Shown: positions 1-10,377 of the stretch, one piece after another
Numbering within the stretch: the stretch's first letter is position 1
Layout: each line of letters starts with the position of its first letter
Translations under genes and position numbers: made by a program
Notes under the pieces: model-generated
The model's input: only the letters and a program-made list of their open reading frames with translations
Told to the model about the DNA's origin: nothing
The model's database searches: none
NCBI GenBank assembly: GCA_964437115.1
Contig: CAYTFE010000005.1
Location: forward strand, 34,966 to 98,965
Length of the DNA: 64,000 nt
Source of the DNA: an uncultured Fibrobacteraceae bacterium
GTDB lineage: Bacteria; Krumholzibacteriota; Krumholzibacteriia; LZORAL124-64-63
Reading direction: 5' to 3'

Positions 1-477
1 GGTTGGATTGCCAGAGGCGCAGCGCATAGGGCAAAATCGATGACTTCACAATACCTCGCACTCGGTGGCTACATAATTGCCGAGGCTCTGATATTTATTC
101 CGATGCTTGTCATGGCAGAATACTATGCACCAGGTGCTATTAAAAGTGCTGGCCTTTTAACTCTGATTGGCTTTGGTGGATTGACCTGGATTGCATTTAA
201 CTCAAGACACGATTTTACTTTTATGGGTGGGCTGTTGAAGTGGATTGGTGTTGTTGTTCTTATTGCAATTGTAGGTAGTCTGTTATTCGGTTTTCAACTA
301 GGGACATGGTTCTCTGTATTGATGGTCGGTGTTGCAGGCATTTCAATTTTGAGAGATACATCGGCAATTATTCATCACTATCCAACAGATAAACATGTTG
401 CAGCATCGCTTGAGCTGTTTGCGTCAGTTGCATTGATGTTCTGGTACTTGCTGAGATTGTTTACAAGTCGTCGTTAG
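1..477 (+). CDS. Bax inhibitor-1/YccA family membrane protein (5' partial)
   Basis: The frame is open from base 1 (GWIARGAAHRAKSMTSQY). It has several hydrophobic segments and the BI-1-like C-terminus 'RDTSAIIHHYPTDKHVAASLELFASVALMFWYLLRLF'. Confidence 0.85.
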   Translation, partial: GWIARGAAHRAKSMTSQYLALGGYIIAEALIFIPMLVMAEYYAPGAIKSAGLLTLIGFGGLTWIAFNSRHDFTFMGGLLKWIGVVVLIAIVGSLLFGFQLGTWFSVLMVGVAGISILRDTSAIIHHYPTDKHVAASLELFASVALMFWYLLRLFTSRR

Positions 478-579
478 AAAAAGTCATTGTCATCGCAATC
501 CATGAAGTCGATGAACTATTAACTGGAGGGTCACTTGTTCTAAAATAGAAACTGCCGTATTCTGATACATGGAGGCTTT

Positions 580-1023
580 ATGATGCGATGGTTTTTATTA
601 ATACTACTGGTCATGGTTGCTGGCTGCGAAGATCCTTATGCACCAGGCAATACGCCACAGAACAATGAGTTCAGTGGTGATTGGGCCGGGACTTATTCAG
701 GCATAGGGCGACTTACTTGTGCTGCATTAAACGTGAATGGTGAACAAAGATCAGTAACAGTAAGATTTACCGATTTAAATAATAACTGGCTACGTGTTGA
801 ATTGTTTATGACCCCGCCAACACCAGTTTCACCTATATATAGGGTTGAGGGTGAGGTTGCAACCATGTCCAGGTTCAACCCAAATTTTGAAAGTAATGGT
901 CATCATTTTATAACAAACTTTGTCAGAAGTGGAAATACATTGCATCCAGGAAGTGGTGTTGTAATTACGGATATCAATGGCAATGAACAGTGGCGGATGG
1001 AAAATATAAGTGCAATAAATTGA
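580..1023 (+). CDS. Hypothetical lipoprotein
   Basis: GGAGG RBS; signal peptide with lipobox 'LLVMVAGC'; no recognisable family. Confidence 0.7.
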   Translation: MMRWFLLILLVMVAGCEDPYAPGNTPQNNEFSGDWAGTYSGIGRLTCAALNVNGEQRSVTVRFTDLNNNWLRVELFMTPPTPVSPIYRVEGEVATMSRFNPNFESNGHHFITNFVRSGNTLHPGSGVVITDINGNEQWRMENISAIN

Positions 1024-1047
1024 CCGCGGAGTTGTAAAACCCCGCGG
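1024..1047 (-). terminator. Hairpin between convergent genes (probable terminator)
   Basis: On the minus strand CCGCGGGGTT-TTAC-AACTCCGCGG forms a 10-bp stem with one G-U pair, just past the S9 peptidase stop. Confidence 0.65.
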
Positions 1048-1057
1048 CCATAAAAAA

Positions 1058-3109
1058 CTAGTCAGTCCACTTTTGCAGCCAACCCATAACTTCATTATGC
1101 CACTGAATAGAGTTCTGTGGTTTTAGTACCCAGTGATTTTCATCTGGATAGTAAAGCAGTCTTGCGGGAACACCCATTCTTCTCAAAGCAGTAAAAGTAC
1201 TCATTCCTTGAGTATCTACTACCCGATAATCCAATGCACCATGAACTACCAGAGTTGGCACATGCCAGTTCTGTACATAATCGGCAGGATTATGTGTGCC
1301 ATATCCACTGCCTTCTTCCCAAGGTGCACCGTTGTGCTCCCATTCAGGGAACCAGAGTTCTTCTGTGTCGTAGTAAGCCATTCTTTCATCAAGGTTTCCA
1401 TCGTGGCAGATAAACGCCTTGAATTTCTTACCAAACTCTTGTCCATGCATCCAGTTGATCATGTAGCCACCATAGCTTGCGCCTGCAGCTACAATATTGT
1501 CGGCATCCATCCATCTGTATGTTTCAAGTGCAGCAGCCAGCCCTTTTTCCAGATCTTCCAGAGGTCTGTCGCCCCAGTGGTGGCTGATTGCATCGCAGAA
1601 ATCCTGCCCATAACCGGTTGAGCCGTGAAAATCTACAGCAATAGTTGTGAAGCCTGCTCCAACATAAGCTTGTGGATTCCATCGATAGTGGAAGTCGTTA
1701 CCAAAACTACCTTGAGGTCCACCGTGAACCAGAAAAGCGATTGGCCACTTTTGACCGGCATCAGCTTTTTCCTGAGTCCAGTCGTAAGGTTTTACCACAT
1801 AGGCGTAAACGGTTTCGTCGTTCCAGCCTTTAAAGGTCATTTGTTCAGCATCGCCTGTCAGGCAGGCAGCAATTTTTTCATCGTTGATGTGAGTGACAAT
1901 TTTGTGGTCTTTACCATTGTATTTTACGCTATGAATTTCAGCAGGACCTGCCAGAGATTCGTGTGCGTAATAAAGTCTGTCTTTGCCAACAGCGAGTTGC
2001 TGGTTTTTGCCATCACGAACAAGCAGTTTGACTTTATTGTCTTTTACTCTGACTGAGAAAATAGATCGTTGACCAAGATGGTTTGCAAAACAGATCAGCG
2101 ACTTTCCATCTGGTGACCAGCTGTATCCATAAGGGCTGAGATCAAGATTGTTGTAAATCAGATCCAGTGTCTTCTCTGAACCGTCTTTCCAGTTGCGAAG
2201 TACAAAGTGGAACCTGTCAGCCTCAAAGTTTGGCCTGTCCATTGCCAGATAGCAGAGAGTTTTCCCGTCAGGTGAAAACGATGGAGTTGTATCCCATGCC
2301 TTGTTCTCTGTAATCTTTGTCCACTGACCAGAGCCATCGGTTGGAACGGAGTAGATGTTGTAATCTGTGCTCCATGCAGGTTCGCTGCCTGGCAGAACTT
2401 TTGCTGTGAAAAGCAGAGCAGAACCATCTGGAGTGAGGGTGACCTCTTCCATGCCACCCCAGGGGTGAGTAGGAGTGTCGGCATCAAGAGTTGACATCAA
2501 GTCCCAGGTCTTGCCGCCAACAGATGGGTGCTGTGAAATAAAGATGTGAGTTCGTTTGCCATCTTCCCAGGTATCCCAGTGGCGGAACATAAGTTCGTCG
2601 TAAACCATACCTGTTGTTGGGTTCGATGCAATTTCTTCATCACGCAGAACAGTTTCTTCCATTGTCAGGCCAGGGTAAACATCAATGGCCAGCAAGAATG
2701 AATGCAGCTCGGGAGAAACTTCCATTCCACCAATACCAAGAGGCAAATCTGTTACCTGTGATGCTTCACCACCGTCAGGATTAATAAGCCAGACCTGTGA
2801 TGAGCCACCGCGAGTAGACAGGAAAACTATCGATCCGCAAGGTCCCCATCTGGGATTGAAGTCTGCAGCAGGGTCAGTAGTAAGTTGTCTGAGGTTTTGA
2901 CCGTCACTGTCAATGACCCAAAGGTCGGTTCTGCCTTTGTTTGCTTCAAGGTCTGTTGACCTGAGTACAAAGGCAATGCGACTGCCATCGGCAGAAACCT
3001 GGGGATCACCAATACGGTCCATTGCAAGCATATCGTTAATAGTAAATGGATGTGCATCGGCGAGACAGAGAACGGGAACTAACAGCAAAAAGAAAACAAG
3101 AAAACGCAA
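1058..3109 (-). CDS. S9 family (prolyl oligopeptidase/acylaminoacyl peptidase-like) serine peptidase, secreted
   Basis: PD40/TolB-like propeller repeats, VHGGP, nucleophile GASYGG, 'D YRV' Asp region and ENHW His. The start is moved from 3142 to TTG at 3109 because GGAGG lies just upstream and a clean signal peptide follows. Confidence 0.92.
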   Translation of the reverse strand: MRFLVFFLLLVPVLCLADAHPFTINDMLAMDRIGDPQVSADGSRIAFVLRSTDLEANKGRTDLWVIDSDGQNLRQLTTDPAADFNPRWGPCGSIVFLSTRGGSSQVWLINPDGGEASQVTDLPLGIGGMEVSPELHSFLLAIDVYPGLTMEETVLRDEEIASNPTTGMVYDELMFRHWDTWEDGKRTHIFISQHPSVGGKTWDLMSTLDADTPTHPWGGMEEVTLTPDGSALLFTAKVLPGSEPAWSTDYNIYSVPTDGSGQWTKITENKAWDTTPSFSPDGKTLCYLAMDRPNFEADRFHFVLRNWKDGSEKTLDLIYNNLDLSPYGYSWSPDGKSLICFANHLGQRSIFSVRVKDNKVKLLVRDGKNQQLAVGKDRLYYAHESLAGPAEIHSVKYNGKDHKIVTHINDEKIAACLTGDAEQMTFKGWNDETVYAYVVKPYDWTQEKADAGQKWPIAFLVHGGPQGSFGNDFHYRWNPQAYVGAGFTTIAVDFHGSTGYGQDFCDAISHHWGDRPLEDLEKGLAAALETYRWMDADNIVAAGASYGGYMINWMHGQEFGKKFKAFICHDGNLDERMAYYDTEELWFPEWEHNGAPWEEGSGYGTHNPADYVQNWHVPTLVVHGALDYRVVDTQGMSTFTALRRMGVPARLLYYPDENHWVLKPQNSIQWHNEVMGWLQKWTD

Positions 3110-3217
3110 GGTTGTACCTCCGGTTAAGAGCGTTAAATCCACTGCAGGAATATACTAGATTTTAGCCGGTGTTGCGACATAGAAGTAAATTACTGTATAT
3201 TCAGAGCGGAGGAATTA

Positions 3218-5002
3218 ATGATTCGATTTTTAATACTACTGTTGATGGCTACTCCTTTAGCTGCCTCAGAGCTTCCATATCCTTGCGGTGCAGAGCCAAG
3301 ACATGACTCTGTTACCGGGCCAGTGCTGCCTCATATTTCAAGCCCTTTGCCAACAGCACTTGACTGGACAGATAACGATGGTAACTGGATTACTCCGGTT
3401 CGTGATCAGGGACTTTGTGGTGCCTGTTGGATTTTTGCGCCGGTTGCTGCTTTCGAATCGTGGCTTATGATTGAAGAGGGCATTCCCGGGCAGATGGATA
3501 TTGACCTTTCCGAGCAACGAATTCTGTCTTGCAGTATCAATCAGACCGGATGTGTGGTTGGTATTACCCGGCATGCATTTGACTTTATGGTTGAAAACGG
3601 AGTTTGTGATGAAGCGTGTTTTCCATACCAGGCTGACGATCAGATATTATGTGACGCGGCTTGTCCTGATGTCGATTCCAGATTGGAGTTTCTTGGAAAT
3701 TGGGAAGAAATTACAAATGCGAATATAAATATTGGCGAAATTAATCAGGCGCTTCAGTTTGGTCCTGTAGTTGCATATCTGGATATTTACAATGACTTCT
3801 TCTGGCACGATGAAGGGGTGTATGATGCATACGGCTCCTTGCCAACTGGTTCAAGTCATGAGCTTCTACTTGTTGGATATGATGATGATATTCAAGCTTG
3901 GAAAGTTAAAAATTCCTGGGGCGAGCAGTGGGGCGTTGATGGGTTCGGCTGGATTGCTTACGACAGTGGCTGTAATTTGGGGGCCTGGACTTCCAGGTGT
4001 TCTCCCTATAATTCACCACCAAGACTGAACAATGCTGTCCTGGATCCTGTTGAAGGAGAAGAGGGAGACTACTTTAACTGGCAAGTTGAATACAGTGATC
4101 CTGAGGGCGATTTTCCTATTCTCCACAAAGTAAATATTTACTGTGATGGCGATTTCTATTTTGAAATGTCGATGAATTCTGACGGGCAGCAGGGAGAGTA
4201 CGGAACAATATGGACTGCCAGCGCAGTTCTGGATTCCATCGCAACTTATGCATACTCATTTAATTTTTTGAATAATATTGGGCAGCGAGTCAGGTGGCCG
4301 TCGGTTCCTATTGAAGGGCCGGTTGTTCGTGAAGATGTAGATTGGCCTCCGGAGTTGTTTGATCCTTCATGCTCACCAGACGAAGGTCCTGCAGGTGATT
4401 TTGAATTCCAAATTCGATATTATGACAGGGACGGAGACTGGCCATCAACAAGCAGACATGTAGTAATTGGTCTGCCAGATGAAGAGGGTACTTTTGAGCT
4501 TGAAATGGAAACATCTGGAAGCAATCCTGCCGACACATTGCTATACACAGCAACTGCAAATCTGGAAATAGTTGGTGATTACCGGAACAGGTTCATATTT
4601 GTAAATGAGCCAGGCGACATGGTGATTTCTCCGGAAGTATGGGAAGGTTGGTACGAAGGACCTGTAGTAACCCATGAAACTGCTGTTGAAAATCCTCCTC
4701 CAGATCCCGAGCAACAAACCACTTTATCGACAACACTTTTTGCACCAAGACCTAACCCTTCATATGGCGATGTTCAGATTGCATTTGAACTTGCCACCGG
4801 CGCCTTTGCTGTTGTTGAAGTATTTGATCTTGCAGGTCGCAGAGTTAAAACCTTATGCAAGCAATGGATGCCTGCAGGAACATCAGACTTGTACTGGAAC
4901 GGGAAAACTGCTTCAGAAGTTCCGGTTGCAACTGGAGTATATTTTATTCGATTACAAACTGACACAGCTGTATTTACGCGTCGGGTTGTGATGGCGAGGT
5001 GA
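3218..5002 (+). CDS. Papain-family (C1) cysteine peptidase with C-terminal FlgD-Ig/T9SS-like sorting domain
   Basis: Signal peptide; DQGLCGACW (Gln, Cys), SHELLLVGYD (His), KNSWG (Asn); CTD 'PRPNPS...VFDLAGRRV...WNG...GVYFIRL...VVMAR'. Confidence 0.9.
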   Translation: MIRFLILLLMATPLAASELPYPCGAEPRHDSVTGPVLPHISSPLPTALDWTDNDGNWITPVRDQGLCGACWIFAPVAAFESWLMIEEGIPGQMDIDLSEQRILSCSINQTGCVVGITRHAFDFMVENGVCDEACFPYQADDQILCDAACPDVDSRLEFLGNWEEITNANINIGEINQALQFGPVVAYLDIYNDFFWHDEGVYDAYGSLPTGSSHELLLVGYDDDIQAWKVKNSWGEQWGVDGFGWIAYDSGCNLGAWTSRCSPYNSPPRLNNAVLDPVEGEEGDYFNWQVEYSDPEGDFPILHKVNIYCDGDFYFEMSMNSDGQQGEYGTIWTASAVLDSIATYAYSFNFLNNIGQRVRWPSVPIEGPVVREDVDWPPELFDPSCSPDEGPAGDFEFQIRYYDRDGDWPSTSRHVVIGLPDEEGTFELEMETSGSNPADTLLYTATANLEIVGDYRNRFIFVNEPGDMVISPEVWEGWYEGPVVTHETAVENPPPDPEQQTTLSTTLFAPRPNPSYGDVQIAFELATGAFAVVEVFDLAGRRVKTLCKQWMPAGTSDLYWNGKTASEVPVATGVYFIRLQTDTAVFTRRVVMAR

Positions 5003-5003
5003 T

Positions 5004-5978
5004 TTAGCTTAACAGGAATTCAGCATCAACCAGCACATTCCCGGTTTCATCATGAACCGCATACTGAAAACCTTTGCCGATAGCAAAAGCGCCAGCTTCA
5101 CCACGCTTGTTGATTGCCAGGAAACCAACCTGAACTTTTCTATACTCAGGATATCTGTTTACAATTCTTTCAACCGCAGCTTTACATGCTTCCTGTGGTG
5201 ACAAGCCTTGTCGCATTAATTCAACAACCAGAAAACTGCCGACGGTTTTAATTACCGCTTCACCAACTCCTGTTGCACATGCGCCGCCTACTTCGTTATC
5301 GACAAAAAGAGCAGCGCCGATAATAGGAGAGTCCCCAACACGACCGTGCATTTTGTATGAAAGTCCACTGGTTGTGCAGCAGCCAGACAAGTCGCCGGCC
5401 TGGTCAATGGCAAGCATGGAAATTGTGTCGTGGTCAGCCTGATCCGGGCGGATCGGTTCGTAGTGGCCACCATCTTTGAGCCATTGCTTCCAGCTTGCTT
5501 CAGCTTTTGGTGTCAGCAGGTTTTCTTTTTCAAATCCCTGGTCCAGAGCAAATCGCAGCGCACCTTCACCAACCAACATTACATGTGGCGTTTCTTCCAT
5601 AACTTTTCTGGCAACCGATACGGGATGTTTTATGTGTTGCAAAAATGCTACAGACCCTGCGTTGCCGGTTTCGTCCATGATGCAGGAGTCAAGAGTTACA
5701 TAGCCATCTCTATCAGGGTAGCCACCGTAGCCAACAGTTCTGACTTCCGGGTCACCTTCGCATACACGCACACCGGTTTCTATGGCATCGAGTGCACGTT
5801 CACCGCTTGCAAGTTTTTCCCAGGCAGCAACATTGGCTGGCATGCCAAAAGACCAGGTGGAAACCACCAATGGCTTGCGAACTGGACCTGTTGATGCAAT
5901 TAATCTGGAAGCGTTTCCTGCTGTTAGAGCAGCAGCTCCCAGGGCGGCAGTTTTAATAAATTCTCGACGTGTTTTCAT
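5004..5978 (-). CDS. N(4)-(beta-N-acetylglucosaminyl)-L-asparaginase (Ntn-hydrolase), Tat-exported
   Basis: TRREFIK Tat signal; VGYGGYPD; autoprocessing site HD|TISM; GRVGDSPIIGA; ATGVGE. Confidence 0.92.
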   Translation of the reverse strand: MKTRREFIKTAALGAAALTAGNASRLIASTGPVRKPLVVSTWSFGMPANVAAWEKLASGERALDAIETGVRVCEGDPEVRTVGYGGYPDRDGYVTLDSCIMDETGNAGSVAFLQHIKHPVSVARKVMEETPHVMLVGEGALRFALDQGFEKENLLTPKAEASWKQWLKDGGHYEPIRPDQADHDTISMLAIDQAGDLSGCCTTSGLSYKMHGRVGDSPIIGAALFVDNEVGGACATGVGEAVIKTVGSFLVVELMRQGLSPQEACKAAVERIVNRYPEYRKVQVGFLAINKRGEAGAFAIGKGFQYAVHDETGNVLVDAEFLLS

Positions 5979-5984
5979 AAATTA

Positions 5985-8267
5985 TCACCGTTGAATAATA
6001 AGTTTTTGCGTGTCTCTTCCAGTTTCGTTTTCCAGACTCAACAGATAAACTCCAGTTGCCAGGTTATCAACATTAAGTGTCATCAGTTGAGCTGCTGGTC
6101 CTGTTGGTACTTTCTTAACGAGCCTTCCAGCCAGATCGTAAATAGCTATGCGAGTGTTCAGTCCTACTCCTGGAGTAAAACGAATAGAGACATCGTTCTT
6201 TGCCGGGTTTGGCGAAATGCTGTTGAGTGCAAGCATCGGAATAAAGTTGGGTGAATATTCCACTGTTCCAACCTGATATTCCGAGCCGTTTTCATCAATT
6301 ACATTCAGTCTATAAAGAACAGTTTCGTTTGGGCCAATAGGGTGTTGATCCAATGCTGACCAGTTGTAGTTCTGCATTTGATTCAGAGGCACATCCCACT
6401 GATTGCCATTACTGTTTCCAGTCAAAGCAAAATTCAAGTTGTCAGCAGTAACTGTCCATTGCAGCAGAGCACCATTTGCGGCAGGTTCGACAGAAAAGCT
6501 GGCCAACATGACAGGTTGGAAAGAACCGTTTATCTCACCTGGTGAACCGTAATTAAGAGAAGATGCACTCCAATTATCAGCCAGGTTATTGTTCAAGTTG
6601 TTGGAGATTAATTCAAGAGTAGGGCCGTTGCCGTCTGGCGCAGTTGGCCATGGTGCGTCGTCATCGTAAAGCACGTAGTCAACAAGTAGTCCTTCGGTAT
6701 TGAAAAGTCTGATTATTTCGCCACCGCCGGAAAATCCAAACCCGATATTTCCAACTGCATCAACACCAGGGAAAGCAGCTGAAAAATCAAAGATGCTATT
6801 GCACAAGACAAGATAACCATCAGCTGGGATCACTGTTTCTGCCGGGAGATAAAATGAATGGGAATCATTCTCATCGCGCAGACACCAGCCCGATACATCC
6901 AGCGGTTCTACCATCGGGTTGTAAATTTCGACCCAGTCGCCAGGATCAAAATCATCGGCAGAGTTGTAGTTGATTTCATTTATTACCGGGTCAACAGGCA
7001 TTTCAATTCCCCATTGAGTGTCCAGCCATGCAACGCGATCATGCATCCAGTCTCGCAGCCACTGAACTTCTTCAAGCCATGTGTCACCGATGAAGTAGTT
7101 GGGCCAGACATGTTCTCCAAGTCGTGGCCAGCGTTCGAAATCCCGTTCCTGGGCTTCAGTAAGAAACTCTGTGTAGTCGTCCAGCAAGTCATCGATTTCT
7201 GCAAGCCTCAGAACACTTTGTCTACGACGAGACCAGCTTTCAGCGAGTTGTTCCTGAATATTGTGAACAGGGTTGAAAACCATAGGTGCAGACCATAGCT
7301 GGGTATTCATGGACCACCCTTCAAAGTTCCAGTTGTTGCTGTACTCATTATTGCCAAGTGCGATGTTGAAATCCCAGACAGGGCCAAGGTGCAGAGGATC
7401 GTTGTAGTTGCTGTTGATAAATGTACTCGCAAGAAAGAAATCAGGATTGCGAGTTAATCCGTTGAGCAGAATTATATCAGTGAATGAGGCCATATCAAAC
7501 TGATCCCGATAGTCAGGTAGAGATCCACTGTAAAGTGCGGTGTCAAAGGTTGTAACTTTATCAGTAATAAAGCTGATCATGTCTGGTGTCAGGTCTTCGG
7601 AGTTTGGGTAATTTACTACCCAGAATCGATCAACGTATTGTGAACCAAAATAAATATCATCTTCTTGTAGATGGAAATTCGGTTTTATTTCAGCAATGAA
7701 TCCCCAGTTGGGGTCAGTTGGCGGCTCCATATTTATTCGTTCAGAATTTTGCGTGACTTTTTCCATGAAAACATAAATTCCATCGTAGTTGCCGTTCAAC
7801 ACAACTTCACAATATCTGGTTCTTGGTGCCCAGTAACCCATATCTCTGGCAAGTTGATAGATAATAACATTACGCATAAAAGTTTTGTCGCTGTATGGGG
7901 CCTGTAGTACCCATTTGTTTTCAGCTGGCATATCCAGAACTGAAACATCTATGCCAGTATTAACGCCGTACTGTTTTTTGGGGAAGTAGTACTGACTTGA
8001 GTGGCCGCGTGTCTGTATCCCGATATCATAATCTACTGAAGGATCAGTTACATAATTTCGGTTGCCCGGGCCGTTGTCGATGACGCTCATTTGAGCAACA
8101 ATATCCATAGAATCAGGTATTGCCTGGCCACCGGTTTCAATCAAAATGATTGGCAGGTTCGATGAGGTAAAATCGACCTGAGCACATAGAGTGCTACTGA
8201 TTAATAGGAGGAGAATAGTTAGTGTTTTCACAATTACCGATTGTAGGGGTGTAAGCATGTCGGTCAA
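5985..8267 (-). CDS. CotH kinase family protein with lamin-tail domain and T9SS-like CTD
   Basis: TRGHSS, KKQY, WVL, DKTFMRN, GPVWDFN (CotH); VINEINYN...DWVEIYN (LTD); CTD ending KLIIQR. The exact start is uncertain (TTG 8267, ATG 8258 or GTG 8231). Confidence 0.88.
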   Translation of the reverse strand: MTDMLTPLQSVIVKTLTILLLLISSTLCAQVDFTSSNLPIILIETGGQAIPDSMDIVAQMSVIDNGPGNRNYVTDPSVDYDIGIQTRGHSSQYYFPKKQYGVNTGIDVSVLDMPAENKWVLQAPYSDKTFMRNVIIYQLARDMGYWAPRTRYCEVVLNGNYDGIYVFMEKVTQNSERINMEPPTDPNWGFIAEIKPNFHLQEDDIYFGSQYVDRFWVVNYPNSEDLTPDMISFITDKVTTFDTALYSGSLPDYRDQFDMASFTDIILLNGLTRNPDFFLASTFINSNYNDPLHLGPVWDFNIALGNNEYSNNWNFEGWSMNTQLWSAPMVFNPVHNIQEQLAESWSRRRQSVLRLAEIDDLLDDYTEFLTEAQERDFERWPRLGEHVWPNYFIGDTWLEEVQWLRDWMHDRVAWLDTQWGIEMPVDPVINEINYNSADDFDPGDWVEIYNPMVEPLDVSGWCLRDENDSHSFYLPAETVIPADGYLVLCNSIFDFSAAFPGVDAVGNIGFGFSGGGEIIRLFNTEGLLVDYVLYDDDAPWPTAPDGNGPTLELISNNLNNNLADNWSASSLNYGSPGEINGSFQPVMLASFSVEPAANGALLQWTVTADNLNFALTGNSNGNQWDVPLNQMQNYNWSALDQHPIGPNETVLYRLNVIDENGSEYQVGTVEYSPNFIPMLALNSISPNPAKNDVSIRFTPGVGLNTRIAIYDLAGRLVKKVPTGPAAQLMTLNVDNLATGVYLLSLENETGRDTQKLIIQR

Positions 8268-8281
8268 CAGCTAAAATAATC

Positions 8282-8310
8282 TTTACCAACAAGTAAATAA
8301 TTACTATATT
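8282..8310 (+). promoter_or_regulatory. Putative sigma70 promoter for the 8388-11345 operon
   Basis: TTTACC-17 nt-TATATT upstream of the RBS (AGGAG) and ATG 8388. Confidence 0.45.
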
Positions 8311-8319
8311 CATTTTAAT

Positions 8320-8343
8320 ATTCCATACCAGATGGTATGGAAT
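8320..8343. promoter_or_regulatory. Perfect 10-4-10 palindrome, probable repressor operator
   Basis: ATTCCATACC-AGAT-GGTATGGAAT, just downstream of the putative -10 box. Confidence 0.6.
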
Positions 8344-8387
8344 GCTTCTAAAATTCAATATCGCAATGCTAGTACAGGAGTTACAAA

Positions 8388-9638
8388 ATGTCAGACATCA
8401 AGATCACCGCTGAAATGACTCTCTTTGAAGTCACTGAAAAATACCCCGAAACCATCCCGGCTTTTGTGGAAAACGGATTTGCCCATGTTGGCGATGAAGA
8501 AAAGCGCACCAAACAGGGTAAAATGGTCACTCTGGAACAGGCTATGATGATGAAGGGGAAAGACTTTGAGACTTTCAGGGATCTGCTTGTTGAGGCAGCT
8601 GAAAACGCACGTGAGTCTGAAGATGTGACACTGAATGTGGTTGATGACAGCCAGATGTTCCCAAGCAGTGGCGATATCAAGGTTGCCGGTTTGTTGCCAT
8701 GCCCGGTTCGTCTGCCATTGATTGAAGCTTTTGAGTATGTTCGTGATGATGTTGAAAAGAAACACAATTTGAAAATTGGCTACAGGTTGGCTGCTGCAAG
8801 CATCGGCATGGACGCAGTTGAAAAAGAGATGTTACGTATCAAGACTCAGGATGATCTGCCGCACCTGTTTTTGTCGGCTGGTTTTGAAGCATTTTTCGAT
8901 CACAAAAACATGGCTCGATTCAAGGACAAAGACGTATTTATTGACAGGTCCTGGGAGAACACCAACTCAGATTTTGCCGGCATCGATTTAAAAGATCCCG
9001 ACAGTCATTTCTCTATGATTTCTGTAGTACCTGCAATTTTCCTTGTCGACAAAACTCAGCTTCAGGAGGGGGAAGAAATTCCTCGCACCTGGAAAGAGCT
9101 GCTTGATCCAAAATTTGAGCGTCGGGTAGCAATGCCTGTTGGTGACTTCGATCTGTTTAACGGAATATTGCTCACACTTTACAAGCATTATGGTGAAGAT
9201 GGAATTCGTGGTGTTGCCAGAAATCTGCTCAAGTCAATGCACCCAAGCCAGGCTGCAGGCAGGTTTGCAGGTCGTCAGAAAGAAGAGTCACCTGCAATTA
9301 CAGTTATCCCGTATTTTTTCAGTAAAATGGCTCACATGAATCCTAACGTGGAGATTGTCTGGCCGGAAGATGGCGCAATTATCAGTCCTGTGTTTATGCT
9401 TGAACAGACAGATGCTCCCGAGGGCACAAAAGAGCTTGCTGATTTCTTCATGAGTAATGAGACGGGCGCAATTCTGGCACAGCGCGGGTTGTTCCCATCG
9501 TTGAATCCTGATGTTGAAAACCCGTTGCCTGAAAACGCAACCTGGTTATGGTTGGGCTGGGACTTTATTAAAGAAAATGATCTTGGTGTGTTGATTCCAA
9601 AACTGCTGGATATCTTTACCGAGAACGCGGAGGTTTAA
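8388..9638 (+). CDS. DUF1858-like N-terminal domain fused to an ABC-type solute-binding fold; no signal peptide
   Basis: 'TLFEVTEKYPETIPAFVENGF' resembles DUF1858. The SBP-like region has LLPCPVR, 'PRTWKELLDPKF' and 'WPEDGAIISP'. The N-terminus is not hydrophobic. Confidence 0.8.
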   Translation: MSDIKITAEMTLFEVTEKYPETIPAFVENGFAHVGDEEKRTKQGKMVTLEQAMMMKGKDFETFRDLLVEAAENARESEDVTLNVVDDSQMFPSSGDIKVAGLLPCPVRLPLIEAFEYVRDDVEKKHNLKIGYRLAAASIGMDAVEKEMLRIKTQDDLPHLFLSAGFEAFFDHKNMARFKDKDVFIDRSWENTNSDFAGIDLKDPDSHFSMISVVPAIFLVDKTQLQEGEEIPRTWKELLDPKFERRVAMPVGDFDLFNGILLTLYKHYGEDGIRGVARNLLKSMHPSQAAGRFAGRQKEESPAITVIPYFFSKMAHMNPNVEIVWPEDGAIISPVFMLEQTDAPEGTKELADFFMSNETGAILAQRGLFPSLNPDVENPLPENATWLWLGWDFIKENDLGVLIPKLLDIFTENAEV

Positions 9639-9639
9639 T

Positions 9640-10377
9640 GTGAAACTAGTAACAGTAAGTGGGCCGCCGTCGTCTGGAAAAACATCGGTGATTTTGAAAA
9701 CGCTGGAACATTTGCAGGCAGAAAAACGCAATGTTGGCGTAGTGAAATTTGACTGTCTTTACACTGACGATGATGAAATTTATCGCAAGGTTGGAGTACC
9801 AGTCAAAAAAGGACTTTCAGGCGCACTTTGCCCCGACCACTATTTTGTCAGCAATATTGAAGAGTGTGTGCAGTGGGGAATCAAAGAAAATCTCGATGTT
9901 CTGGTTAGCGAAAGCGCCGGGCTTTGTAATCGATGTTCACCTTATGTACGAGAAATTCTTGCAGTCTGTGTGATCGATAATCTTTCCGGTATAAACACTC
10001 CTAAAAAAATTGGCCCGATGCTCAAGAGTGCTGACATCGTAATCATCACAAAAGGTGACATTGTAAGTCAGGCAGAGCGTGAGGTTTTTGCGTCGCGAGT
10101 GCACAGAGTAAATCCAAAAGCACGAATTATGCATGTCAACGGCATCACCGGACAGGGCAGTTTTGAGTTTTCAACTCTGTGGACCGATGGCGATGAAGTT
10201 GAAACTGTTGAAGGTAAAAAATTGCGGTTCTCAATGCCGGCTGCGCTTTGCAGTTACTGTCTGGGTGAAACCAGAATCGGTAGTGAATTCCAGATGGGTA
10301 ATGTTAGAAAGATGGACCTTGGCGATACTACAAGACAAACTGCAGACCCAATGACTTCACCCAAGGAGAGCAAGTAA
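9640..10377 (+). CDS. HypB/UreG-like (G3E) GTP-binding protein
   Basis: GPPSSGKTS, KFDCLYTDD, LCPDHY, ESAGLCNRC, TKGD and a C-terminal LCSYC; GTG start. Confidence 0.88.
   Translation: MKLVTVSGPPSSGKTSVILKTLEHLQAEKRNVGVVKFDCLYTDDDEIYRKVGVPVKKGLSGALCPDHYFVSNIEECVQWGIKENLDVLVSESAGLCNRCSPYVREILAVCVIDNLSGINTPKKIGPMLKSADIVIITKGDIVSQAEREVFASRVHRVNPKARIMHVNGITGQGSFEFSTLWTDGDEVETVEGKKLRFSMPAALCSYCLGETRIGSEFQMGNVRKMDLGDTTRQTADPMTSPKESK

Noticed and set aside
5004-5978. Tat-exported Ntn-hydrolase as a CapD substitute for PGA anchoring
   Set aside because: Its motifs match glycosylasparaginase rather than gamma-glutamyltranspeptidase, and it is more than 16 kb from pgsB in a different transcription unit.
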